Position numbers and translations under genes: made by a program
Assembly: GCA_035502695.1 (NCBI GenBank)
Contig: DATJUD010000172.1
Location: 8,545 to 72,544, forward strand
Origin: Acidobacteriaceae bacterium
GTDB taxonomy: Bacteria > Acidobacteriota > Terriglobia > Terriglobales > Acidobacteriaceae
Direction: 5' to 3'
DNA length: 64,000 nt
Part shown: positions 48,817-58,828 of the stretch, one piece after another
How positions within the stretch are numbered: the first letter of the stretch is position 1
Layout of the letters: every line of letters begins with the position of its first letter
The notes under the pieces: model-generated
Databases searched by the model: none
Told to the model about the DNA's origin: nothing
Seen by the model: the letters and a program-made list of their open reading frames with translations, nothing else

Positions 48817-49482
48817 TCAGACAGAGGCAGCGACGCGTGCCAATCGTTCCTCAACAATTTCCACGATACGCTTTTCAATGGCATCGACCGATGCATCTTC
48901 TGCAATTGTGACCACACGCAAAGTCTCCCGCGCGGCAATTTCCTGATATTTCAAAAACACTCGCTCGTAGAAAGCACGGCCCTCGGTTTCAAATCGATTT
49001 TCGTCTGTCCCCTGGGCGATCTGGCGGCCGTTCCGTCTCCGCGCTCGAGCAAGCGAAGCCTCCAGGTTCGGCAGCAATAAGATTGTCAGGTCGGGCCACA
49101 GATCTCCGCAAACGGCGCGATGCAATTCCAGCACCGGCGCGCTCCCCAGGTTGCGTCCACCACCTTGGTACGCTTCGGTGGAATCGGTAAATCGATCGCA
49201 CAGAACAATTTTTCCTTCTGCCAAAGCCGGCAGAATAATCTCGTGGATCGACTGAGCGCGGTCGGCAAACATCAGCGCCATCTCCGCCAGCGGAGCAACG
49301 TTTTGCGTGGCGGAATGCAGCAACACCGCGCGAATCTGATCGCCCAATTCTGTTCCGCCCGGCTGGCGAGTGGTCGTGACAACCCGGCCTTGCGCTTGCA
49401 GGGTGCGCGCTAACAGGCGAAGCTGGGTAGATTTGCCAGAGCCATCCAGTCCTTCAAACGAGATAAAAAAACCGCGCGGCAT
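48817..49482 (-). CDS. tmk: dTMP (thymidylate) kinase
   Basis: ..FISFEGLDGSGKSTQ.. P-loop and a DRF motif (..LCDRFTDST..). I prefer the ATG at 49482. Confidence 0.9.
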   Translation of the reverse strand: MPRGFFISFEGLDGSGKSTQLRLLARTLQAQGRVVTTTRQPGGTELGDQIRAVLLHSATQNVAPLAEMALMFADRAQSIHEIILPALAEGKIVLCDRFTDSTEAYQGGGRNLGSAPVLELHRAVCGDLWPDLTILLLPNLEASLARARRRNGRQIAQGTDENRFETEGRAFYERVFLKYQEIAARETLRVVTIAEDASVDAIEKRIVEIVEERLARVAASV

Positions 49483-49561
49483 GGCGGTAGGGTACCACTG
49501 CCGACGGCCACGCATGGGAAGGAGCGGCGCCCCGATCGATCCTCTCTGAGAAAATCGCATC

Positions 49562-50110
49562 ATGGCACTGGAATTCACCACTTCCTATCTCGAGGATTCG
49601 ACCCACCTGTTCCGCCATTTCAAGAAGCTTGCGGAGCGCGCCATTGCTCAAGCCACGGATCTGCAGCTATACCAACTGCTCGACGAGGACGCGAACTCCA
49701 TTGCCATCGTCATGCAGCATATGGCGGGCAATATGAAATCCCGCTGGACGAACTTTTTATCAGAGGACGGTGAAAAACCGTGGCGCAATCGCGACCGCGA
49801 ATTTGAGCAGCCTCCTTCCACCAGAGAGGCCCTTCTGCAGATGTGGGAAGAGGGCTGGGATTGCCTGTTCCAGGCGCTCGAATCCTTGACGGATGCGGAC
49901 TTGGCCCACACCGTCCTGATTCGCGGCGAGGCGCATTCCGTCATGCAAGCCATCAACCGCCAGATTGCGCACTACTCCTACCATTGCGGTCAGATTGTTC
50001 TGCTGGCTAAACATTTCCAGCACGCCGAATGGACTTCCCTCACAGTTGCGAAAGGCGAGTCCGAAGAATTCAACGCGAAGGTACGCGCAGGCAAAGCCAG
50101 CCAGCGATAG
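49562..50110 (+). CDS. DinB-superfamily protein (DUF1572-like)
   Basis: A four-helix-bundle-type sequence with conserved His positions (..MQHMAGN.. and ..HYSYHCGQIV..). Confidence 0.7.
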   Translation: MALEFTTSYLEDSTHLFRHFKKLAERAIAQATDLQLYQLLDEDANSIAIVMQHMAGNMKSRWTNFLSEDGEKPWRNRDREFEQPPSTREALLQMWEEGWDCLFQALESLTDADLAHTVLIRGEAHSVMQAINRQIAHYSYHCGQIVLLAKHFQHAEWTSLTVAKGESEEFNAKVRAGKASQR

Positions 50111-50186
50111 GCAAATTCTGTGCCCGATGTCTGCGCGCTGCATTACACTGTTGCTTCGTCTGCACACCGACCATTTCAGGAGTTCT

Positions 50187-52109
50187 ATGCGCCTAAACAT
50201 TTCTCTTGCTTTTGCAGCCTTTGCCGTTGCGGCGATACTTCCACACAGCAGTTTTGCACAAGCCGCCGCAACGTCCACGCAGCCGGCTTCAGCGACACCC
50301 ATCACCATCACCGTGGATGCGACCGACGCGCCACGCAAGATGCTGCACGCGGACCTGGTGATCCCGGTGCAACCAGGCGACCTGAGCCTGGTGTACGCGA
50401 AATGGATTCCAGGCGAGCACGAAGCCTCCGGTCCCATCGACGACCTTGCAGGCCTCGTCATCAAGGCCAATGGCCAGACGCTGCCCTGGGTGCGCGACAG
50501 CGTCGATATGTTCAAGTTCCATCTGCGCGTGCCCCAGGGCGTGACGGAATTGCATGTACACGATGATTTTCTGGCGACTGCCGGTCCGGTTGGCTTTTCC
50601 GCCGGCGCTTCCACCAGCGAAAATCTGGCGATGATCAGCTGGAATGAAGTGATGGTGTGGCCGCAGGTTGCTTCCGCGAAAGACGTGCAGGTGACGCCCA
50701 GCATCATACTGCCAACCGGCTGGAAGTTTGCGACTGCGTTGACAACCACCGGCACGGAAGGCACCACGACTCACTTCGCTACTGTCCCGTTGAATGAGCT
50801 TGTGGACTCACCCGTGCTCTCTGGCCGCTATTTCCGCGAAATCCCATTAGCGCCGGAAATCTCTCCGAAGCATTATCTCGATCTCGCCGCCGATGGCCCG
50901 GAAGACCTGGAAGTTCCTGCGCAAATGCTTGCGGGATTCAATGACCTGGTGCGGCAGGCCAGCGCGCTGTACCAGTCGCACCACTACTACAGCTACCACT
51001 TTCTGATGACGCTGAGCGATCAGGTCGCGCATTTCGGGCTGGAACATCATCAGTCGAACGACGATCGCGTGCCGGAGAAGACCTTCCTCGATCCCAATCT
51101 GGATGTGCTGGAAGCCGGCTTACTGCCGCATGAATTCACTCACTCGTGGAATGGAAAATATCGTCGCCCTGAAGGATTGCTCTCGCCGGATTTTCAGACA
51201 CCGATGAAGGGCAATCTGCTGTGGGTGTATGAAGGCCTCACAGAATATCTCGGCGACGTACTGACAGCTCGCAGCGGCCTGTGGACGGACGATCAATATC
51301 GCGACGCCTTGGCAGATTCGGCTGCCAACCTCGACAATCGACCGGGGCGCACCTGGCGCGACCTGCAGGATACGGCCACAGCAGCGCAAACTTTGTATGG
51401 AGCCAGCGGTCAGTGGGGCAACTGGCGTCGCAGCGTCGACTATTATCCTGAGGGCGAGCTGCTTTGGTTGCAAGTCGACACTATCATTCGCCAGCAGAGC
51501 CATAGCAAAAAATCGCTGGATGATTTCTGCGTGCGATTCCTTGGCCTGAACGGCAATACCGGTCCGATCACCGTGCCTTACACTTTTGAAGATATCGTGA
51601 ACAATCTGAATGCGGTGCAGCCATACGATTGGGCAGGATTCCTGACAGAGAAATTGACGACCAAGGTAGATCACGCGCCGCTGGGCGGAATCGAAAATGG
51701 AGGCTATCGCCTGACGTATTCGGATACACCCAACTCGATGGAAGAGTCCATGGAGGCACTGCGAGGCGTCAATGCCTGGTACTCGCTCGGCCTGCGTATT
51801 TCTCACCAGGGTGTGCTGCGCGATGTGCTGTTTTATTCGCCGGCATACAAAGCAGGCCTAGGCCCGGGAATGAAAATCGTCGCGGTCAATGGACGCGCTT
51901 ACACTGACGCGTTGATGCACGACGCCATTCGCAATTCCAAAACCAGTCAGGCGCCGATTGAGTTGATCGTCGAAAATACGGCCTACTTCCGCGACGTCAA
52001 GATTGATTATCACGGAGGCGAACGCTATCCGCATTTGGAGCGCGTCGACTCCAAGCCCGACATGCTGGATGAAATATTGCAGCCGTTGCCGATGAATTCG
52101 AAAAAGTAA
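50187..52109 (+). CDS. M61-family metallopeptidase (glycyl aminopeptidase-like) with C-terminal PDZ domain
   Basis: Signal peptide MRLNISLAFAAFAVAAIL..AQA after an AGGAG SD. HEFTHSW zinc motif. A PDZ-like region ..GLGPGMKIVAVNG... Confidence 0.85.
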   Translation: MRLNISLAFAAFAVAAILPHSSFAQAAATSTQPASATPITITVDATDAPRKMLHADLVIPVQPGDLSLVYAKWIPGEHEASGPIDDLAGLVIKANGQTLPWVRDSVDMFKFHLRVPQGVTELHVHDDFLATAGPVGFSAGASTSENLAMISWNEVMVWPQVASAKDVQVTPSIILPTGWKFATALTTTGTEGTTTHFATVPLNELVDSPVLSGRYFREIPLAPEISPKHYLDLAADGPEDLEVPAQMLAGFNDLVRQASALYQSHHYYSYHFLMTLSDQVAHFGLEHHQSNDDRVPEKTFLDPNLDVLEAGLLPHEFTHSWNGKYRRPEGLLSPDFQTPMKGNLLWVYEGLTEYLGDVLTARSGLWTDDQYRDALADSAANLDNRPGRTWRDLQDTATAAQTLYGASGQWGNWRRSVDYYPEGELLWLQVDTIIRQQSHSKKSLDDFCVRFLGLNGNTGPITVPYTFEDIVNNLNAVQPYDWAGFLTEKLTTKVDHAPLGGIENGGYRLTYSDTPNSMEESMEALRGVNAWYSLGLRISHQGVLRDVLFYSPAYKAGLGPGMKIVAVNGRAYTDALMHDAIRNSKTSQAPIELIVENTAYFRDVKIDYHGGERYPHLERVDSKPDMLDEILQPLPMNSKK

Positions 52110-52255
52110 GGATTCTTTTCGTACTGCCAATGACGCCGCTGCGCATCCATGGGGGGCGGCGTTTTTGCTGGCCGTTCGCCTGGTATCAAGCACGCAGCGT
52201 GAGGAGAGAAACTGCGCAGCGGCCCGACGCAAACCGCCACGCAGCGACTCTCTTT

Positions 52256-55200
52256 CTAAAACAGCAGCTTCGCTCCGAACTGAATCTGCCGCGAGGTCGT
52301 CGAGGTCGTTGTGATCAACCCGGCCGTCGGGGACGGAGTCGCTGTATCGGAGGCATACACCACGGTATTGGGGGTGCCGAAGTTCGTACGGTTCAGAATG
52401 TTGAAGAATTCTGCCCGAAACTGGAGATTCACTTTTTGCGTGAGCGCCGTATTCTTTCGCAGCGAAAGATCCAGTTCAGAAATTCCCGGGCCAGTCAGCG
52501 TGTTGCGACTCAGATTCCCATAGGTGCCTGGAAATGGCACCACAAACGCGTTCGGATTGAAGTATTGCGTTGGCCCGCCCTGAACGACGTTTCCGCGAAA
52601 CTCCGGATTGACCGACGGACGAATCGGATCGCGGCTGTCTCCGTTGTTGGTTGGGTTGAACCCGAGCTGCGGCGTGAAGGGGAACCCGGACTGCAGCGTG
52701 GCGATCTCACTAGCCGTCCATCCGCCAATGGCTTTTTGCTGCCAGCCACGCAGGTTGCCCAGGAATCGCTTGCCTTGGCCGAAGGGCAGCTCATACGTGG
52801 AATTGATCACAGCGACATTGCGAACGTCGGTATTCGCGCGTCCGTAATCCAATTTTGGATCGCTGGGATACATCACAAATCCGGGCGCATTGGCGCCGAC
52901 ACTGCTGTTCCACGCAGTTCCGTCGTCCAGGCTTTTCGACCAGGTGTAGACACCACGCACTTGAAAACCATGTTGGAAGTGCCGGTTCAGATCGACCGTT
53001 AGCGCGTTGTAGTTGCTGATTCCATCGGAAACCCAGGTCGTGCTGGCGCCTAATTGCGGATTTGCATTGGGCGCATTTGCGGGATAGTAGACAGTGCCAG
53101 CCGGCAACGTGCCGGGGCATGGCGATGCCGGGCAAATGGTCGGGATCGGCTCATTCACATCTTCTGAAAGCATCTGATGGGAACCGTGGTATCCAATGTA
53201 GCCCAGGATGAGTGACGTATCGGACGCGAGTTTCTGTTCAAAGCTGGCGGAGTAAGACAGCGACCTCGGCGTATAAGCGTCCGATTGAATTCCACTGGGT
53301 GAAACCTTGCTGCCTGCAGGTGGTGGTGCGCCGGGAACAAAGTGCAGCTGAGACACCGCCACATTTTTCAGCGTCTGCGTGGTGTTGAATGGAGCGTTCT
53401 GATCCAGCCGATAATCCAGGCTGTCCAGCAACGACTCGTAGATACCAACGCCGGCATGAATCACCGTGTTCCCGTTTCCCTTTGGCTGCCAGGCGACGCC
53501 GACGCGTGGCTCCGGCAGGAATTTTGCGCGATTCTTTGTGAAGGCCGAATCGGCAACCCGTGGCGCCGTTTCCAGCACGCCCTGCGAGTCGAAAATATAG
53601 TTGGAAGCGCGACCCTGGGCCTCGTTCCAGCCGTTGGTGGACTCGAAACGGAACCCCGCGCGCAACTCCAGATTTGGTAACAGGTGCAACGTGTCCTGCA
53701 CAAACCCTGCACCTTCCAGTGATCGCCAGCCAAGCTCTGTTGGCGAGGGAACAACCGTGAGCGTGGAAACGTTGCCGAGCAAAAAGGCGCTCAGGCTGCC
53801 GAAGGATGCCTGGCCATATTGATCCTGCGCAAGATTGCTGTTGGACTGGATGCGCTGCAGCCACACTCCGGCCTCAATTTGGTTTCTTCCACGAGAGATG
53901 TAAACATGATCGGCGACGGTAAACAAATTGCGTGCGACATTCAAATTGCTGCCGGCGTTTGTACCCGCGCCGCTGATCTGGGAGGCGCCGTTCAACGCTG
54001 TACCGCCGCCCACAACCACTGCACCAATCGGCTTCCCTGCAACCCAGCCGGGTAGATCGACGGGCGTTTCTCCGGTGAAGTAAAAGCTAGCGCGGGAAAA
54101 ACCGACACGAAACGTATTCAACATGCTGGATGAAAACACATGCTCTTCTTGTGCGCTTAAAACCTGCTCGCGAAGCGTTTCATAATCCGTGCTCAGCGGA
54201 TTGATGGTTGGTGTGGTCGCCGTGCTGTCGTCAATTGTGTAAACGGCGGACGCTGTATCTGCCGCGGAAATGTTGTAGTCGAGGCGAGTTGTGCCGAAAT
54301 CTTCTCGAATGCGTTGCAGCGGGTGACTGTAGGCCTCCGCGATGCCACCGCCCAACTCCGGTCCATTCTGCACCGGCCACAAATCCAGCAATGGCTGAAC
54401 GTCAGGGACAGCCGCCGCGCGAGAAGCATTGTCGGGCACCAGCGTCACATCTGATAGTCCCAAATTCTGCCGAAAGCCTTCGTAATTGCCGAAGAGCAGA
54501 AGTTTATTCTTCACCAGCGGTCCACCCAGCGCGCCTCCAAACTGGTTGCGCTGGAAAATGGGAATATTTCCTTGGTCGAAATAATTGCGCGCATCCAGTG
54601 CGCTGTTTCGTAGAAACTCAAACGCGCTGCCGTGCAGTTGGTTGGTGCCAGATTCCGTGTCGATGCTGATCTGCGCGCCGGTTCGTTTCCCGTATTCCGC
54701 TCCGTAGGTGTCAGAGACCACGTTGAATTCGCGCACCGCATCCACGCCCAGCAACTCTCCGCTCACTCCTCCCGGAGTCACGTTGATCTCCGAAGCCCCT
54801 GTATATTCAATTCCATTCAGCAGGTATAAGTTGTCTTGCGGTCGATGCCCTGCCACGGAAAACATATTGCCCGGAGAGGAATTTGACGTGCCGACCGCAC
54901 CGGATCGCTCCCCCGTGTAGTTCACTGAGGCAGGGTTCAGAGTGATCAGTTCATCGTAACTGCGCCCGTTCAGCGGCAGCTCTTTCACCTGTCGCGCGCT
55001 CACCAGGCCAGAGGTTGGCTGAGTCGTAGTATTAATGGCGAGTGGCACATCGGTGACCGAGATCTGTTGCTGCAACTTGCCGACGGAGAGCGAAAGGTCG
55101 ACCACGGTGCTCTGTCCCACGACCAGGTTGATTCCGGTTTCGGACCGCGTGCTGAAGCCCGGTTTCTCGACGGTCACCTTGTAGCGGCCCACCGGGAGCG

Positions 55201-55438
55201 AAGGCGCGGAATACACGCCTGCCGAGTCGCTCACCAGGTTGCGAACTGCTCCGGTTTCTTGATCTATAACTGTTACCTGGGCGCCCACGACTGCCGCGCC
55301 GGAAGAGTCCCGGATCGTGCCTGAAATGGTTGCGCCAACCACTTGAGCGTGAGCGTGAGGGAGCGAGAACAGGCCTGCGACAATGACAAAGGATAGAAGC
55401 CAAATAGAAATAGTGCTGCGACGAGAACGCTGCATCAA
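52256..55438 (-). CDS. TonB-dependent outer-membrane receptor with N-terminal carboxypeptidase-regulatory-like domain
   Basis: 1060 aa. Signal peptide, then ..GATISGTIRDSSGAAVVGAQVTV.., a plug (..ELPLNGRSY..), a large barrel, and a C-terminal ..GAKLLF. Confidence 0.85.
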   Translation of the reverse strand: MMQRSRRSTISIWLLSFVIVAGLFSLPHAHAQVVGATISGTIRDSSGAAVVGAQVTVIDQETGAVRNLVSDSAGVYSAPSLPVGRYKVTVEKPGFSTRSETGINLVVGQSTVVDLSLSVGKLQQQISVTDVPLAINTTTQPTSGLVSARQVKELPLNGRSYDELITLNPASVNYTGERSGAVGTSNSSPGNMFSVAGHRPQDNLYLLNGIEYTGASEINVTPGGVSGELLGVDAVREFNVVSDTYGAEYGKRTGAQISIDTESGTNQLHGSAFEFLRNSALDARNYFDQGNIPIFQRNQFGGALGGPLVKNKLLLFGNYEGFRQNLGLSDVTLVPDNASRAAAVPDVQPLLDLWPVQNGPELGGGIAEAYSHPLQRIREDFGTTRLDYNISAADTASAVYTIDDSTATTPTINPLSTDYETLREQVLSAQEEHVFSSSMLNTFRVGFSRASFYFTGETPVDLPGWVAGKPIGAVVVGGGTALNGASQISGAGTNAGSNLNVARNLFTVADHVYISRGRNQIEAGVWLQRIQSNSNLAQDQYGQASFGSLSAFLLGNVSTLTVVPSPTELGWRSLEGAGFVQDTLHLLPNLELRAGFRFESTNGWNEAQGRASNYIFDSQGVLETAPRVADSAFTKNRAKFLPEPRVGVAWQPKGNGNTVIHAGVGIYESLLDSLDYRLDQNAPFNTTQTLKNVAVSQLHFVPGAPPPAGSKVSPSGIQSDAYTPRSLSYSASFEQKLASDTSLILGYIGYHGSHQMLSEDVNEPIPTICPASPCPGTLPAGTVYYPANAPNANPQLGASTTWVSDGISNYNALTVDLNRHFQHGFQVRGVYTWSKSLDDGTAWNSSVGANAPGFVMYPSDPKLDYGRANTDVRNVAVINSTYELPFGQGKRFLGNLRGWQQKAIGGWTASEIATLQSGFPFTPQLGFNPTNNGDSRDPIRPSVNPEFRGNVVQGGPTQYFNPNAFVVPFPGTYGNLSRNTLTGPGISELDLSLRKNTALTQKVNLQFRAEFFNILNRTNFGTPNTVVYASDTATPSPTAGLITTTSTTSRQIQFGAKLLF

Positions 55439-55624
55439 CGGAGGTCTCCTTCGATGTTGGGCAAAAAATCAGGATGAAATGAGAGTCGGGGAAAAAGACG
55501 GATCAGTCGATCAACAACAACAGATCGATGTGCTGGGAGCACAAAAGAGTCGGCGGAAGTGGCGGGAAGTGATCATGGATTTCGGTTGATCTTGACGATC
55601 TCGTTGGTTGATTGGAATCTCCGC

Positions 55625-55660
55625 TGCAAATAGAAAAGCCGCTCGGGTCGACCCGGCGGC
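55625..55660 (-). terminator. Intrinsic terminator between the small ORF and the TonB receptor gene
   Basis: The minus strand reads GCCGC CGGGTC GACCCG A GCGGC TTTTCTATTT. CGGGTCGACCCG is a perfect 12-nt palindrome. Confidence 0.55.
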
Positions 55661-55762
55661 ACCATTGCGCAAGGGGCGAACGAAGGTTAGCTCAACGACG
55701 CAACTCCATACACGGAGTGCATCCGGAAGCATCCCAACAACACGAAAATGCGCGTCCGAGAA

Positions 55763-55969
55763 TCATGTTTTCAGAGTGTAACCGGATGCTTGTGTGCCGT
55801 CAACCTGGGCAGTTCGCGCCGCTTGCGAATTGACATCCTGGCCCGCATCCGACATTCTAGAGATGTCATGGCTATCCGGCTTTGTACCCTGACGTGTCGG
55901 TTCCAGGTTCGCTGTTGTTGTTGTCGCAGCGTTGCCGGCCCAGGGTGTGAGCACTGTCGATAGTTCCAC
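55763..55969 (-). CDS. Hypothetical 68-aa hydrophilic protein (Thr/Ala/Gln-rich)
   Basis: A GTG start is preceded by AAGAGGAG. Translation: MELSTVLTPWAGNAATTTTANLEPTRQGT... No family recognised, and codon usage is not clearly genome-like. Confidence 0.3.
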   Translation of the reverse strand: MELSTVLTPWAGNAATTTTANLEPTRQGTKPDSHDISRMSDAGQDVNSQAARTAQVDGTQASGYTLKT

Positions 55970-56089
55970 GATCTCCTCTTCAGTCTCCTAGAAATCTAGA
56001 ACCCTGCGGCCGCATCTTTTGCGAGCGCGGGTCCTTTCCTGCCTGTCTCGCATCCCATTTCACGGCAAAACTTTTAGAACGAGCTCACG

Positions 56090-56908
56090 ATGGAACTGGC
56101 GATTGGATTTGTCATCGCGTTTGCAATTGCAGTCACCGGCGTCGGCGCGGGCACCATTACCGCTCCCTTGCTGATCCTGTTTTTGCATGTTCCCATTGAG
56201 CTCAGTGTCGGCACAGCCCTGGCGTATTCCGCCATCGTAAAAATGATCGTTGTGCCCGTCCAGATCTGGCGCAAGCAGGTGGTCTATCGCGTCGTCGGCT
56301 GGATGTTGTTAGGTGGTCTACCCGGTGTGATTCTCGGCGTGGTGCTGTTTCGTCGCGTGGTGCGGCACGGCGAGCAGAACATTTTATATGTCGCGCTGGG
56401 CAGCATCATTGTCGCGTCGTCGGCTTGGCACCTGTACCGAAACCTTCGTCCACCGTCGGCAACCCGAGCAAGAAAAACTCATCCCGCATGGATTGCGGCA
56501 CTTATGCTGCCGATTGGTACAGAGGTTGGCTTTTCATCTTCAGGGGCCGGGGCGCTGGGCACGCTCGCATTGCTCAGCATGACCACGCTGGATGCATCGC
56601 AGGTAGTCGGCACCGATCTTGTCTTCGGACTTTGCCTGTCTCTGGTCGGCGGCGGCATGCACGTGTTCAGCGGAAGTTACGACAGCGGGCTTCTGCTCAA
56701 GCTAGTACTCGGCGGATTTTTCGGGGCTCTTGTCGGCAGCGGCGTTGCACCGCGATTGCCGAATCGCCAGCTGCGGGTTGCACTGGCCTCGTTGTTGTTA
56801 GTGGTGGGAACACTGTTCTGCGTGCGGCCGTTGCACTTCCATCCCATCGCCAGCCTGCAGGCTGTGGTTCACGCCAGCGTATCGGCATCCAGTTCGCTCG
56901 ATCGCTAA
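56090..56908 (+). CDS. TauE/SafE-family sulfite/anion exporter
   Basis: 8 predicted TM helices and a duplicated ..G.G.G..(T/L)P.L.. motif (..VTGVGAGTITAPLLIL..). Confidence 0.8.
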   Translation: MELAIGFVIAFAIAVTGVGAGTITAPLLILFLHVPIELSVGTALAYSAIVKMIVVPVQIWRKQVVYRVVGWMLLGGLPGVILGVVLFRRVVRHGEQNILYVALGSIIVASSAWHLYRNLRPPSATRARKTHPAWIAALMLPIGTEVGFSSSGAGALGTLALLSMTTLDASQVVGTDLVFGLCLSLVGGGMHVFSGSYDSGLLLKLVLGGFFGALVGSGVAPRLPNRQLRVALASLLLVVGTLFCVRPLHFHPIASLQAVVHASVSASSSLDR

Positions 56909-56914
56909 ATAGAT

Positions 56915-58828
56915 TCAGCGTGTAGCTGATTGCAACGTGCCAGCGACAATCGTGGCCTGCACTTCCATATGCCCGCGAAACTCGTGCCGCGTCAATCGAT
57001 AGGCAATGTTCATGATGTCCCCCACGACCGGTGGTCGATCCAGCGCAGTATCAATTGAAAACCAGACTGCTTCCAGTATCAGGTTATCGCGCTGCAAGCG
57101 CAGGCGTCCGTGGCGGCCATTGCTCAGCGCACGATAGTTGGCCACCCGAAATGCCCCCGAGTAGAGCGGTGCTTCGAACCCGCGCCCGAACGGCCCCATC
57201 GCCTCCAGCGCTTCAATGCTTTTCAAGTCATGTGCGCCGGCATCCAGTTCGCCATCCGTCCAAAGAGTCGGGCCTGTCGCCACCGCGCCTCCGGTTTGCT
57301 CTGCAACTGCGAATGTGAAAGCCTGCCGAAACCGCTCCATGTCGACCACGCGAATGGTTGCGCCCGCCGCCGCCGAATGGCCGCCAAAGGCCACCAATAA
57401 ATCTGGATAGGAACTTGCAATCTCTTTCAGCGCGCGCTGCACGTCGACCCCAGGCACTGACCGAAACGATCCACTGGCGAGCCCCATCCCGTTGCCAGAG
57501 TCCGATTCCGTTGCCAACGCCGGCGCAGTCGCCCGCGCGCCTTGTCCCTGCGGAGCGAAGATCGCGCAAGGTTTTCCAAATGCTTCCACCACGCGGCTGG
57601 CCGTAATCCCATGGACGCCCGAATGGCCGTCTTCCAGAAACAGAACAATCGCTGGACCTGCAATTTGTGCCGCCTGCGGAAATGCCTTCGCCCGCAATCT
57701 GCGCTCAATCGACTGTCGCTCGGAATTCTCGCGCTTCAACTGGCTCCAGCAGGATGCGGCTTCTTCATCCGTTTTTGCGATAAGAAAACGAAACCCGACC
57801 TCAGCCCAATCCAGCCGTCCAGAGGCTGCAATCGCGGGTACCAGCCGAAACGCAATTGTCTCGGCGTCAATCTCGCCATCTACCTCTGCAGCAAAAATCT
57901 TCCAGCATAGCCGGCATCCCGAACGCACCAGCCGCATGCCACGACGCAGAAACGCGCGATTGATCAGGCTCGCACTTGGAGACAAAGAAACGCAGTCCGC
58001 AATGGTTGCGACGGCAACAAAGTCCAGCAGGCTGGCGAGCGATGGCAACTCCGCGAAGACGCCCTGCTCCAACAGCGCGCTGCGCACCTTCGCCATTACC
58101 AGAAATGCAACCCCTGCACCGCACACATGCTTGTCATACTCGCAATCAAGCCGCGACGGATTCACCACCGCATACGCCGATCGCGGCGGGCCGTCCGGTG
58201 GAATCACGTGATGATCGGTGACGACGACATCAATCCCCGCTGCGGCCAGCGTAGCAATTCGCGGCTCGTCGCTGCTGCCTTTGTCCGCCGAAATGACCAG
58301 TTGTGCGCCGAAGGCTTGTATCCGCGATACCACCCCTTCACCAATTCCATAGCCTTCTGTCAGGCGATGGCTGGTGACAACGCAGATGCGCTCGGGCGCG
58401 ACTCCAAAGGCCTCGACCATCGCCGTCCATAGCACCGCTGCCGACGCAGTCCCGTCCATGTCGTGATCGCAGGCCAATGCAATGCGCTCACCTTGCACAA
58501 TGGCGCGCACAATGCGTTCCACGGCACGATCCATGGAAGGAATCGCGCCAGGGTCGACGATGTCTGAAAGTTTTGCTGCGGTGAGCGATTCCCACTCAAT
58601 GAAGCGATCCATCCGCCGCCCGAGGAAATTCGCTATTGCCGGAGCGGTCCCTGCCTGCTGATAAGCATCACGAACCTCCGCGTTGCAGGGTCGCTCAATC
58701 AGGGATTTTGGAGGCAATTTCCATGGCGTGAATTCTTCTTCGATGGCAACGATTTCCGCGTTCAGTTCGCTGCCCGGAGGCTTCGGATTGCAAGCTTCAA
58801 CGGCCACCGCTGCTGGGTCGTCATTCAC
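56915..58828 (-). CDS. recJ: Single-stranded-DNA-specific exonuclease RecJ
   Basis: DHH-family motifs ..LACDHDMDGTAS.., ..ISADKGS.., ..VVVTDHHV.., and a DHHA1 region ..GGHSAAAG... Confidence 0.9.
   Translation of the reverse strand: MNDDPAAVAVEACNPKPPGSELNAEIVAIEEEFTPWKLPPKSLIERPCNAEVRDAYQQAGTAPAIANFLGRRMDRFIEWESLTAAKLSDIVDPGAIPSMDRAVERIVRAIVQGERIALACDHDMDGTASAAVLWTAMVEAFGVAPERICVVTSHRLTEGYGIGEGVVSRIQAFGAQLVISADKGSSDEPRIATLAAAGIDVVVTDHHVIPPDGPPRSAYAVVNPSRLDCEYDKHVCGAGVAFLVMAKVRSALLEQGVFAELPSLASLLDFVAVATIADCVSLSPSASLINRAFLRRGMRLVRSGCRLCWKIFAAEVDGEIDAETIAFRLVPAIAASGRLDWAEVGFRFLIAKTDEEAASCWSQLKRENSERQSIERRLRAKAFPQAAQIAGPAIVLFLEDGHSGVHGITASRVVEAFGKPCAIFAPQGQGARATAPALATESDSGNGMGLASGSFRSVPGVDVQRALKEIASSYPDLLVAFGGHSAAAGATIRVVDMERFRQAFTFAVAEQTGGAVATGPTLWTDGELDAGAHDLKSIEALEAMGPFGRGFEAPLYSGAFRVANYRALSNGRHGRLRLQRDNLILEAVWFSIDTALDRPPVVGDIMNIAYRLTRHEFRGHMEVQATIVAGTLQSATR

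Noticed and set aside
49760-50767. 335-aa ORF antisense to DinB and the M61 peptidase 5' region
   Set aside because: It spans two real genes and their intergenic spacer on the opposite strand. No motifs are present.
52130-53002. 290-aa plus-strand ORF inside the second TonB receptor gene, and similar ORFs at 32705-33571 and 13677-14351
   Set aside because: These are antisense shadows of long, well-supported genes.
55748-55963. Cys-rich 71-aa plus-strand ORF (..RFQVRCCCCRSVAGPGCEHCR)
   Set aside because: It has no SD. It is the mirror image of the ACA/Thr-run ORF on the minus strand, which has a strong AAGAGGAG SD. The Cys run is just the complement of that repeat.
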